Source of the DNA: a virus
Taxonomy: Duplodnaviria; Caudoviricetes
Virus record (IMG/VR): IMGVR_UViG_3300040971_000031
Location: 1 to 31,514 of that record
Strand: one strand, 5' to 3'
DNA: 31,514 nt
The notes under the pieces are model-generated. The model was not told the DNA's origin. It was given only the letters and a program-made list of their open reading frames with translations, and did not search any database. Positions 1-8,085 of this stretch are shown here, piece after piece (the first letter of the stretch is position 1; each line of letters starts with the position of its first letter). Both the position numbers and the translations under genes were made by a program.

Positions 1-17
1 CCACGAGTGTCAACCAA

Positions 18-188
18 ATGGATCTTTTCAACATCTACGTCCACGCTGACGCAAAAGAGCACCTTTGCACGACCATGGCCGACAGCCCGGAAGAGGCCCT
101 TGATTTTGTGCGTGGTAACGACTGGGTCAGGGGGCAGCTTTCGGACGGGGCATGGGCGGAGATGGCTGAGGAGGTGGGGGAATGGTGA
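18..188 (+). CDS. hypothetical phage protein (56 aa, may extend past the window start)
   Basis: Manual translation MDLFNIYVHADAKEHLCTTM...EVGEW*; its stop overlaps the start of the next ORF; not in the ORF track. Confidence 0.55.
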   Translation: MDLFNIYVHADAKEHLCTTMADSPEEALDFVRGNDWVRGQLSDGAWAEMAEEVGEW

Positions 189-433
189 AAATTGCGACCA
201 TCGCAGGCGGACCTGACAACACGATTGAGAGGATTCAAAGCATGAAAGAACTTGACCGAGCATTGGCTTATTTACCCTTCACGATGCCGTTCGATGACGC
301 CATTTTTTCTGCGGTTCCACTTCGCCAACATTCTACCCATCTCGTCTCCCGCAACTCTCACCGCACCAAGGGCCGCAAATTCGCCAGCCAGAAATCCCGG
401 GCGAACCGGCGGAAGGCGAGGGCGAAGAAATGA
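182..433 (+). CDS. hypothetical phage protein with basic C-terminus
   Basis: GAGGAGG upstream; ATGA coupling to the next ORF. Confidence 0.6.
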   Translation: MVKIATIAGGPDNTIERIQSMKELDRALAYLPFTMPFDDAIFSAVPLRQHSTHLVSRNSHRTKGRKFASQKSRANRRKARAKK

Positions 434-681
434 GCGCTTGGCAAATGTACGCAGTAACCGCGCTGGCGTGGATCGGAGCGTTGCAAGTCGGCTGGTGGAC
501 GAGGATCGCAGTTACCGACGTTTGCCGCATCATCGACCACTGGTCCATGGATCGCGCCATGAACAAGGTCGGCGCGGCCATCTACGATCACGAACTAGCC
601 CTGCACGGCGATGACCACGAGGCGTTTGGATACGCGCTGTGGATCACCATGAGCGGTATTAGGCCTTGGAGGGAAAGATGA
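430..681 (+). CDS. hypothetical protein with N-terminal hydrophobic segment
   Basis: ATGA overlaps at both ends. Confidence 0.6.
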   Translation: MSAWQMYAVTALAWIGALQVGWWTRIAVTDVCRIIDHWSMDRAMNKVGAAIYDHELALHGDDHEAFGYALWITMSGIRPWRER

Positions 682-908
682 AACCACAAACCGAATGGAT
701 GCTGAATGAACTCAGGCGCGGACGTCGCATGACTTCCCTGGACGCACTGCGCGAGGGAGGAATCTCACGTGCAGCCGCTCGGGTTATCGAGTTGCGCGAC
801 CTCGGATACCGGGTCGAAACGACCCTAATCAAGGTTCAAAAAGGGAATGGAGAGACGGCCCGCGTTGCTGAATATTACCTCCGTACCGACCAAGGAACGC
901 CGGCATGA
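678..908 (+). CDS. helix-turn-helix DNA-binding protein (winged HTH, HTH_39-like)
   Basis: MTSLDALREGGISRAAARVIELRDLGYRVET pattern typical of phage HTH proteins; ATG at 678 overlaps the previous stop. Confidence 0.75.
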   Translation: MKPQTEWMLNELRRGRRMTSLDALREGGISRAAARVIELRDLGYRVETTLIKVQKGNGETARVAEYYLRTDQGTPA

Positions 909-1300
909 TCTCCATACTTGTCAAATCTGACAACTCTGCGCCGGTGAAAATCAAACTTTCAGACTCGCAACAACCGGCGATGTATCGCGTCGAGATCAAC
1001 CGCAGGCGCCAGAATAAGGCCGGCCAGAGGGAATCCATCTACTCCCAGGAGGACGTGCTGGGGATGATCTGCGATGCGCTTGAGTGGGACATTGAGCGCA
1101 TTGATTTCGAGCCTGAGCCCCCTGTGAAAATTCCGCGTGGCACTCGCGTTGTCGCCGTCTCGCTCGATGATGATTTGATGCCAAGGCGCCGGAAGACGTC
1201 GACTGTGTCAAAGCCGTTTCTGGATTTCAGAGGTGTGTGGCGGGTGTTTGTTCTCGGGGAGGATAAGGCGGTGGAACTTTCAAAGGTGGTGGTGGAATGA
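905..1300 (+). CDS. hypothetical phage protein
   Basis: 131-aa ORF, ATGA coupled at both ends. Confidence 0.65.
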   Translation: MISILVKSDNSAPVKIKLSDSQQPAMYRVEINRRRQNKAGQRESIYSQEDVLGMICDALEWDIERIDFEPEPPVKIPRGTRVVAVSLDDDLMPRRRKTSTVSKPFLDFRGVWRVFVLGEDKAVELSKVVVE

Positions 1301-1407
1301 CGGCGAAGCAGATACTTCAACGCTCCATCGTGCAACGTCAAGCTTGGCTCATGCACCGGGCCTGCCCGAGGTTCTGGCAGGAGTTGTTTGAGGAGTGGAC
1401 CCAATGA
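1297..1407 (+). CDS. small hypothetical protein (36 aa)
   Basis: MTAKQILQRSIVQRQAWLMHRACPRFWQELFEEWTQ*; fills the gap exactly with ATGA overlaps at both ends. Confidence 0.55.
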   Translation: MTAKQILQRSIVQRQAWLMHRACPRFWQELFEEWTQ

Positions 1408-2441
1408 ATACAGACATCAGGCTCAAAGTCTCGTTCTTGAACCACCGTAAGCGCAAAAAGCTTCAACGCGCGCTTGGGGCGGATGGCGTTCTTGCGTTCA
1501 TAGACCTGATGCTTTCTGCGGCGACGTCAAGGCCAGACGGAATTTTCACTGGTTACGACAGGGAAGACATCACCATCGATGCACAATGGGACGGGGACGT
1601 CGACAAGTTCGTCGACACCCTGATTTCAGTCGGGCTCCTCGATGTGCTCGAATGCGGCACCTTGGCAATCCATGACTGGCAGGATCACAATGGATACGCG
1701 TCAGACGCGGAGGTGCGCAGCGGGGAAGGCAGATTCGGAAACCTCAAAAAGTATTACCCACACCGAGCAAAAGAACTCGAAGCCAAGGGCATCACCACTA
1801 TTTCGGCGGCTGAATATGCGATAATAAAGGCCGAAGAAAGCGGGGCGAGTCGGGCAAGTGTCGGGGGCGAGTCGGGGGCGAGTCGGGGCGACGTCGTACC
1901 CGATCGGTCCCCGTCTCCTCCATCTCCATCTCCATCTCCATCTCCATCTCCAGCTCACGCTCAAGACGCGCGCGCGCGCGTTGATCAAATTCCGGTCCAA
2001 GAGAAAAAATCACCCCTCCCCCCAGGGCCTGCCATCCCCGAGTACAGCATCGAATTTTTGCAGCTCGTCGAACTCTACCCGCGCAAGGAGGGCATTGAGG
2101 ACGCATGGGTCGCGTTCAAGGGCCTAAAGGCCGCGCATGCCTATCCTGGCAACCCGATTGTGCTCCCGGTCCTGGCTCAGTGGGCCAAGTCCGAGCGCTG
2201 GGCGGAGGACGGCGGGAAGTTCGTCCCGTCGCTCAAGAAGTGGCTGCACGGAAAGCGGTGGCAAGACGACCCTCCGAAGGCCAGGGCGCCTGCTTCCCCG
2301 CCACCAGGACAGCAAGCCGAAGCCATGACGAGGTCTGCGGCGGCAGTGATTTCAAAACTCTCGGATGCGAAACGAAAGGCAACGCCAATGCCAGAAAACC
2401 TGAAGCGTCGTTTTGCAAGTGGAGCTGAAAATGAGTCGTAA
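1404..2441 (+). CDS. phage replication initiator (lambda O-like / replisome organizer)
   Basis: N-terminal 'FVDTLISVGLLD...IHDWQDHN' domain, internal iterons, low-complexity linker, C-terminal 'F..LYPRK...FVPSLKKWL.GKRWQD' domain typical of phage initiators. Confidence 0.8.
   Translation: MNTDIRLKVSFLNHRKRKKLQRALGADGVLAFIDLMLSAATSRPDGIFTGYDREDITIDAQWDGDVDKFVDTLISVGLLDVLECGTLAIHDWQDHNGYASDAEVRSGEGRFGNLKKYYPHRAKELEAKGITTISAAEYAIIKAEESGASRASVGGESGASRGDVVPDRSPSPPSPSPSPSPSPAHAQDARARVDQIPVQEKKSPLPPGPAIPEYSIEFLQLVELYPRKEGIEDAWVAFKGLKAAHAYPGNPIVLPVLAQWAKSERWAEDGGKFVPSLKKWLHGKRWQDDPPKARAPASPPPGQQAEAMTRSAAAVISKLSDAKRKATPMPENLKRRFASGAENES
1842..1896 (+). repeat. iterons (GGGGCGAGTCG, ~11-bp period), putative origin inside the initiator gene
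   Basis: Exact copies at 1842, 1864 and 1875; degenerate copies at 1853 and 1885. Confidence 0.7.
1918..1980 (+). repeat. (CTCCAT)5 tandem repeat plus (CG)7 run
   Basis: CTCCAT x5 at 1918-1947 encodes a (PS)n linker; CG x7 at 1967-1980. Confidence 0.9.
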
Positions 2442-2670
2442 ACCGCCCCGCCCAGAGTGCCTAATCGAACCATGCCTATCCTGGCACGGAGACAAATGCG
2501 GGCATGAAGTCTTGTCCGGAAAGGGAACGTGCATCCTCGACGATCCGGAGCGCAGGGAACAAAGGGAAGAGCGCATGAGGCGCAGAGCCATATTTCCAGG
2601 CCATCGAAAAGCAATTTGTGAAAACAGAAAGCTGGTCCGCGCTCGTTGCCCAGCTCCACACTATCAATAA
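2431..2670 (+). CDS. hypothetical Cys-containing protein, probably chimeric at its 3' end
   Basis: GGAG upstream of ATG 2431; 3' part overlaps the helicase remnant in another frame. Confidence 0.5.
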   Translation: MSRKPPRPECLIEPCLSWHGDKCGHEVLSGKGTCILDDPERREQREERMRRRAIFPGHRKAICENRKLVRARCPAPHYQ

Positions 2671-3406
2671 CCTGACCACGCTCATTATCGACCCGATCCA
2701 ACCGCTTTGCGCCATGGACCTGAACATGCCGGAAGCGGCCCAGGCTGTTTGCTCATTTTTGGCCGATCTGGCCGCAGAAATGAACATTGCCGTTATCGTC
2801 GCGCACCACTTCAGAAAGTCAACCGTCACCAACGCAGAAGACGCCAGAAACGCCATTCGAGGGACAGCTGGCCTGGTTGACGGTGTCCGGTCCGTCTACG
2901 CCCTGTGGCAGGCCCCGGAAGGCGACACCAAGAAGTCCTGTAAAAAACTATGCATCCCCATCAAGGAGGACACCCTCGTTTATGGATGCGTGGTGAAGGG
3001 CAACGGACAGAAGCTTTCCGGGGTGCGGAAATTCATTCGTGCAGACCACGGGGCCCTCGTCGACATGACAAATGAGCTCAGGGATTGCGTTGATGATGAC
3101 ACCCTGCTCATAGCCCTAAAAGAGATCATTGCAGAGGCCGCAGAGGACGGGAAGCCATACACCAAGACGGGCGCAAACGGCCTCTATGACCGCAGGGCAG
3201 AGCTACCAGAGCCGCTTTGCCTGATGGCCAGAGGTAAGCTTTGGGAGCTCGCTGAAACGCTCATGGCGTCAGGAGACGTGCGCACATGCTCCGCCAAGGG
3301 CTCAAAAACGGTCAAATGGTTGGACGTGACAGAAGGTCCTTTCGCTGCAGGCGATGGATGTTTTGCCCCTGGATTTTTCTCTGCATCGGAAAAATCTATC
3401 GAATGA
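2579..3406 (+). pseudogene. 5'-truncated RepA/AAA_25 (RecA-like) helicase, C-terminal half
   Basis: Walker B-like LIIDP, IVAHHFRKS, RGTAGLVDGVR and VVKGN motifs present; no Walker A; frame closed by TGA at 2576-2578; possible GTG start at 2618. Confidence 0.7.
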
Positions 3407-3409
3407 ATA

Positions 3410-3690
3410 GAAAAAACCGTTTCCATGATTTTTTGCTTTCCGGAAATTCCACGGTTTCCAAAGAGGGCGGAAACGTACATTTTGTTAATAATTTCAGCGG
3501 GTAAAGTACGTTTCCGAAAAGTTAAAATTTCCGCCCTTTGGAAAGGTTTTAAGTAACTGAAATAACATACGTTTCCGCGTTTCCGAAATTTACCCCCTAC
3601 GGGGGAGTATGTACGTCGGAAACTCAAGTTCCGGCTGTACACTCCATGGTCCCCATTTGTGCGAAACGGAAATCGAAACGAGGAGGATGG
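3410..3690. repeat. AT-rich region with many GTTTCC/GGAAAC repeats in both orientations, putative origin
   Basis: About 10 TTTCC/GGAAA units; perfect inverted repeat CGGAAACGTAC (3468-3478) / GTACGTTTCCG (3506-3516); imperfect inverted repeat 3455-3473 / 3528-3544. Confidence 0.65.
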
Positions 3691-3695
3691 AAAAA

Positions 3696-3896
3696 ATGAA
3701 ATGTGAAAATTGCAAATTTGCAAACCATGATTGTGGTCCAAAAGAAGGCGGAGGGTATTCGTGCAGACGCCATGCTCCTCGGCCACGGCTGAACGGCGAG
3801 ATTGACGTTCAAATGCTTGGAGGCATGATGATTTGTTGGCCAGGCGTGCACCCTGAAGACTGGTGCGGCGAATACCAGCCAAAGGCAAGCGCATGA
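3696..3896 (+). CDS. small Cys-rich phage protein
   Basis: CENCKF...CRRHAP...WP.V..EDWCGE pattern common in phages; GAGGAGG upstream (start could be 3687). Confidence 0.7.
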   Translation: MKCENCKFANHDCGPKEGGGYSCRRHAPRPRLNGEIDVQMLGGMMICWPGVHPEDWCGEYQPKASA

Positions 3897-4249
3897 CCCT
3901 GATCCTCCCCTGGCCACCAAGCACGAACAAGACATGGCGTCGATCCGGAACGCGCATCCACGTTTCGACAAAGACGAAGACCTTCCGCATGGCGGTGGCC
4001 AGCATCGTCATGGCGTCCAGGATGGCGCGCCCAATTACTGGCGCACTGGAGGTACGCGTCACGCTCTGCCCACCGGATTTGCGCAGACGGGATGAAGACA
4101 ACTTCGCAGGCAAGAGCCTGTTTGACGCCATGACCAAGGCAGGCGTTTGGCTCGATGACTCCCAGATCCGGCGCAAGGTTGTCGAGTGGGGTGACGTGGT
4201 CAAGGGCGGGTGTGTGAGAGTGGAGATTTTACCCATGGAGGCAAAGTGA
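3893..4249 (+). CDS. rusA: RusA family Holliday junction resolvase
   Basis: LPWPPSTNKTWR, PPDLRRRDEDN..K...DAM..AGVWLDDSQI. Confidence 0.92.
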   Translation: MTLILPWPPSTNKTWRRSGTRIHVSTKTKTFRMAVASIVMASRMARPITGALEVRVTLCPPDLRRRDEDNFAGKSLFDAMTKAGVWLDDSQIRRKVVEWGDVVKGGCVRVEILPMEAK

Positions 4250-4578
4250 GCGAAAGCCCATATCGTGAAGTCGTGAAGCAGATGGGCGTGGAGATGCAGA
4301 CCGACATGGTGGCCGAAGAAGTCGGTGAGATGCTCTCCGCGCTCTCCAAGTTCAAGCGCGGTCGCGTCAGGCCTATGGAGCTTGCTGGCGAAATCGCAGA
4401 TGTGCGCATCATGCTCGACCAGATTGGACACATCGTCGAGGAGTTGACGGCCGGCACGGTCACCGCGGACAACTTCGAAGTGTGGTGCGAGGAGGTCAGG
4501 CTAGCAAAGATGGAGCGGCTTTGTGGTATGCTGGGCATCAAACAGGGTGCACACGACACCGTGCAGGCAAGACCATGA
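4246..4578 (+). CDS. MazG-like all-alpha NTP pyrophosphohydrolase domain protein
   Basis: EEVGE...GEIADVRIMLDQ acidic motifs; GTG start overlapping the rusA stop. Confidence 0.7.
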   Translation: MSESPYREVVKQMGVEMQTDMVAEEVGEMLSALSKFKRGRVRPMELAGEIADVRIMLDQIGHIVEELTAGTVTADNFEVWCEEVRLAKMERLCGMLGIKQGAHDTVQARP

Positions 4579-4661
4579 CGCAAGCGCTCCACGGCCATCC
4601 TGGCGCGCCCTGTGGACACCTTTGCGCGTCGATGCGGTCGCGTGCGGCATGGCCCGGGCGT

Positions 4662-4733
4662 GGGTCCTCCCCGGAGGCGGCTTGGCAGGGGTCGCCAATG
4701 GCCCGATTCTCGGCTGTGTGTGAAATTTTTCCG
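4662..4733 (+). other. putative lambda-like cos packaging site (cosQ, cosN, I2-like)
   Basis: GGGTCCT at 4662-4668 is identical to lambda cosQ; TTGGC-N7-GCCAA dyad at 4682-4698; GAAATTTTTCCG at 4722-4733 resembles lambda GAAAATTTTCCG at similar spacing; directly upstream of terS. Confidence 0.7.
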
Positions 4734-4744
4734 AAAGTGAGAAA

Positions 4745-5635
4745 ATGAGATCAACCCAAGATGACAGTCCCACCAGCCAGGAATGGCGATGGTGCGAAGA
4801 GGCGAGGCAATTTTCAGACCCCATAGACGGGCAGAAAGAGTGCGTCCGCTATCTGCGCTCAATGGGGTGGGAAAAGGCGAATACGTCCACGTTCGGGCGC
4901 GACGTCCTTTCCGGGAAGATACCCATGTCGTCCCCGGCCGGGTGGAGCCAGAAGCACCTAAACGATTATGCAAGGCTGAAAAAGTGGGCTCCGGCAGCAG
5001 GGTCGCCCGCGCTGACGTATAATCCCGCAAGTGAGCCGTCTTATGCGGAGCGAATGGGTATCGCTCCAGCGCAGCAGGCCGAAACCCAAGAGCGGCCCGT
5101 GTCAGGCATGTCTTATGAGGCCGCAAGGACACGCAAGATGATCGCCGATGCCGAGGATAGGGAGCGCAAAAACCGCGAGGCTGTCGGCCAGTTGGTAGAC
5201 ATCATGCTGGTTGATTATGAGCAGCGAGAGTGGGCGCAAGCAATGCGCATGCACCTGTCGCCTATGGTCAGGGCTACTGCTGACAACGTGCTCGATATTG
5301 TTGGGGGTGAGCGCAAATCGGCCACGGAAATTATCGAGCTGGTCGGCGGTGACGAGGGTAAGGTTGATGATCTGCTTGCTTTCGTTCAGGCTCGAAAGCC
5401 AGAGCTCGTTGCGATGTACAAGCCGTTTCTTTCTGCTGCTCTTGATGCTTTCGCCAGGCAGACATGGTTCACCCCGGAGATGGCCGAGGCATGGAAAGAG
5501 TACATATCGCGTCGGGAAGAATCAGAGCTCGACGACATGAAGGAGCTGATCGCGAGCGTCGGAGGTGATCTCGAGCAGGCGCCGCAGATGCTTGAGCGCT
5601 TTTGCGTCCGGAGGTTCGTCGATGATCAGGGCTGA
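4745..5635 (+). CDS. terS: terminase small subunit (Nu1-like), unusually long
   Basis: Lies between cos and terL; 'YEAARTRKMIADAEDRERKNREAVGQLVD' coiled-coil motif of the Nu1 family. Confidence 0.75.
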   Translation: MRSTQDDSPTSQEWRWCEEARQFSDPIDGQKECVRYLRSMGWEKANTSTFGRDVLSGKIPMSSPAGWSQKHLNDYARLKKWAPAAGSPALTYNPASEPSYAERMGIAPAQQAETQERPVSGMSYEAARTRKMIADAEDRERKNREAVGQLVDIMLVDYEQREWAQAMRMHLSPMVRATADNVLDIVGGERKSATEIIELVGGDEGKVDDLLAFVQARKPELVAMYKPFLSAALDAFARQTWFTPEMAEAWKEYISRREESELDDMKELIASVGGDLEQAPQMLERFCVRRFVDDQG

Positions 5636-7526
5636 CCTGCGTCGTCAGCGGCCTATGTTCCGCGACGGCGCGAAGCAGGCCTTGTTTTCTCGGCCGTGGG
5701 TTTCTACCTCAGATTTCTCCGAGCAACACTTTCTCCTCGTGACAGGCAGCGACAGAGGCAGAAAGTTCCAGCATTCAAAATCACCGTACGCAAAATTGAT
5801 CATGAGCCTGTGGGACCAGCCATGGGTTAGGAAGATTTTTGTTGTCGCTCCAAGCCAGATGACAAAGACGACCATCGCCTATGCCTGTCTTGCTGCGGAG
5901 CTATACCGCGACCCGTCACCGGCTGGCATCGGTATGGGAAACGAGATCAAGCTGCAGCAGATCTTCGAAGAGAAGATCGGTAGGCATTACTTGTGGAGTC
6001 CGACACTTCGTAAGGAACTCGATGCTTCCCCAGCTGCTGCAGCAGTCCAGGCAAATAAAATCTATCTCAAGGGCGGAATCATCTACGGCATGTGGGCTGG
6101 GTCCGAGTCATCCATGTCGTCGATCAGTATGCGCGTCATCGTCATCGACGAGGAGGATGCATATTCCGACAAGGGCGCAGCACAGACCCAGGAAGAGCGC
6201 GCCATCGGTTATCCTGAAGACTCAAAAATCATGCGCGTGTCCAAGCCCCGCGGCACGATGATGGAGTCCTCTATCTGGCGCGACATGCAGCGCCAGGCCC
6301 AGGCCATCTACCAGTGGGAAGCAAAGTGCCCAACTTGCGGCGAGCACCAAATCATGGACAAGGACAATATCGTTCTTGTTCGGCAGGAACGTGACCCTGC
6401 CGTGATCAGACACAAGAGGTTGGCGCGGTACAGGTGCGCAAACTGTGGAGATATGTGGACAGACTCCATGCGCAACAAGGCGGTGGCTGCGGGCCGCGGC
6501 GTGACGACCTCAACCGTTTTGCGTCCAGAGGTTGTTGGCGTCCATCTCCCTGCCTGGCTGTCCCCGCAAATTTCGCTTTCAGCCGTGCTGGCCGCATGGT
6601 TCGAAGCGCACCAGTCCGGCATACCCGACGAAATGGTCAAGTTTGACAACAACTACAAGGCCATGCCGGGGCGCGTCATCGCCCTTGAAACCGACGCCGA
6701 CCGCATCCGGCAGATGGTCACGGACCGCCCGCCCATGGAAGTGCCGGCAGAAGCATGGTGCCTGACCGCAGGCATCGACGTGCAGATGGTCGGCTTTTAT
6801 TTTGTGGTCAGGGCTTGGGCCAGGACCGGCGAATCCTGGCTGGTGCAGCACGGTTTCTTGGACGGATGGGAAGACGTGGACGCACTGCTCGACTCTCGCT
6901 TTCCGGTCGAAGGCCGGGACGATGTTGTCATGCCCCTTTGGCGGGCGGCCATCGACATCGGCGGCTACGAGGAAGCAAAGGACAAGGCGGCCAAGGATGC
7001 CGGATGGAGTCAGACCGAAGAGACAAAGAACTGGCTCTATGAGCGCGAAAGCCGAGATCTAGTTTTTGGCGTCAAGGGCGCGTCTCGCAAGATGGACTGC
7101 GTGGTCAGGGCCTCGCAGATCGGCAAGGACCCGGACGTGCCCAAGCGCTACCAGGACACTCTCACGATCCGTCTGCTCGATACTGGGGCGCTCAAAAGCC
7201 AGATCCAGACACGCATGTGGCGCGGGGCCGAGATGGGCCAGATGTGGCTGCATGCCCAGACCGGCGAGGACTACATCCGGCAGATCTGTGCCGAGCGCCA
7301 GATCATCGGCAAGGACGGACGGATCACTTGGGAGGCGCACGGGGCAAACCATTACCTCGACTGCGAGGCCTACAGCGCAGCATGCGCCCATGTCGATTGG
7401 GCTCCGAACATGCGCCAAAGCCTGCACCAGCCGGACTACAGGCCGACCAGACCCGTCAAAAGACAGCACCAACCGCAGCGAGGCCCCTTGGCCGGGATGC
7501 GGATCAATCCAAATTTCTCAGCATGA
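5622..7526 (+). CDS. terL: terminase large subunit, lambda GpA family
   Basis: SPYAKLIM, Walker A-like PSQMTKTT, Walker B VIVIDEED, CPTC/CANC zinc finger, nuclease GIDVQ...NHYLDC. Confidence 0.95.
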   Translation: MIRADLRRQRPMFRDGAKQALFSRPWVSTSDFSEQHFLLVTGSDRGRKFQHSKSPYAKLIMSLWDQPWVRKIFVVAPSQMTKTTIAYACLAAELYRDPSPAGIGMGNEIKLQQIFEEKIGRHYLWSPTLRKELDASPAAAAVQANKIYLKGGIIYGMWAGSESSMSSISMRVIVIDEEDAYSDKGAAQTQEERAIGYPEDSKIMRVSKPRGTMMESSIWRDMQRQAQAIYQWEAKCPTCGEHQIMDKDNIVLVRQERDPAVIRHKRLARYRCANCGDMWTDSMRNKAVAAGRGVTTSTVLRPEVVGVHLPAWLSPQISLSAVLAAWFEAHQSGIPDEMVKFDNNYKAMPGRVIALETDADRIRQMVTDRPPMEVPAEAWCLTAGIDVQMVGFYFVVRAWARTGESWLVQHGFLDGWEDVDALLDSRFPVEGRDDVVMPLWRAAIDIGGYEEAKDKAAKDAGWSQTEETKNWLYERESRDLVFGVKGASRKMDCVVRASQIGKDPDVPKRYQDTLTIRLLDTGALKSQIQTRMWRGAEMGQMWLHAQTGEDYIRQICAERQIIGKDGRITWEAHGANHYLDCEAYSAACAHVDWAPNMRQSLHQPDYRPTRPVKRQHQPQRGPLAGMRINPNFSA

Positions 7527-7540
7527 AACCAGGAGACGGA

Positions 7541-7774
7541 ATGCGAAAAGACATCGAGGCGCTCAGAAGGATCGTGCAGGTTGTGCTCAACCCCGGACCG
7601 GCAACCTACCACCCGGTGCATGGGGTTACGTGCCCGGTGTGCAAGGCGGGGCTCAAGGGTAGGGAAATGGGGATATCAAAGACCTGCCCTTGGTCTGGCG
7701 GCGCAAGGGAGCGCTATCACACCTGCCCGGTGTGCACTGCGCGGTTCAAGAGCGTCGAGGAATTGGCCGCGTGA
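7541..7774 (+). CDS. zinc-ribbon protein (Ogr/Delta- or NrdR-like C4)
   Basis: CPVC...RERYHTCPVCTARFKSVE; GGAG upstream (alternative start 7523). Confidence 0.7.
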   Translation: MRKDIEALRRIVQVVLNPGPATYHPVHGVTCPVCKAGLKGREMGISKTCPWSGGARERYHTCPVCTARFKSVEELAA

Positions 7775-7787
7775 CAACCTTTCATTT

Positions 7788-7878
7788 TAGGAAATTCCTA
7801 TCATAGGAATGCCGCATATTGCCTTAGTTCTCCGGGTCGGGGATTTGTTGTCCACAAAGTCCCCTACGACCCGGAGAA
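7788..7878 (+). promoter_or_regulatory. overlapping palindromes and a long hairpin covering the gpW RBS
   Basis: TAGGAAATTCCTA (7788-7800), ATTCCTA-tca-TAGGAAT (7794-7810); stem TTCTCCGGGTCG (7828-7839) / CGACCCGGAGAA (7867-7878) with an inner stem. Confidence 0.6.
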
Positions 7879-7881
7879 AAT

Positions 7882-8085
7882 GTGGCCCTTACCGTTTCCC
7901 AGATTGACGCCGCGATTGAAGCGATCCTGAACACTGGCCAGTCCATATCTGCGGACGGGGTCATGTATACCCGCGCCGACCTTGGGAGGCTGCAGGACCT
8001 GCGACGCCAGATCCAGGCCGAGGAAGCCACCTCGACGCACGGCAGTATCTTTTCCAGATCCCTGACCGGAGCGATGCGCAGATGA
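7882..8085 (+). CDS. head-to-tail joining protein, gpW-like
   Basis: IDAAIEAILNTGQS...YTRADLGRL; lies between terL and portal as in lambda. Confidence 0.8.
   Translation: MALTVSQIDAAIEAILNTGQSISADGVMYTRADLGRLQDLRRQIQAEEATSTHGSIFSRSLTGAMRR

Noticed and set aside
3410-3690. CRISPR array
   Set aside because: Repeats are 5-11 bp, irregularly spaced and in both orientations; no repeat-spacer pattern or cas genes
3184-4431. 415-aa minus-strand ORF
   Set aside because: Antisense shadow of the helicase remnant, repeat region, rusA and MazG-like gene; no recognisable motifs
4575-4748. 57-aa ORF coupled between the MazG-like gene and terS
   Set aside because: It spans the cos-like site and has no protein-like features; coding status cannot be supported, although the ATGA overlaps leave it possible
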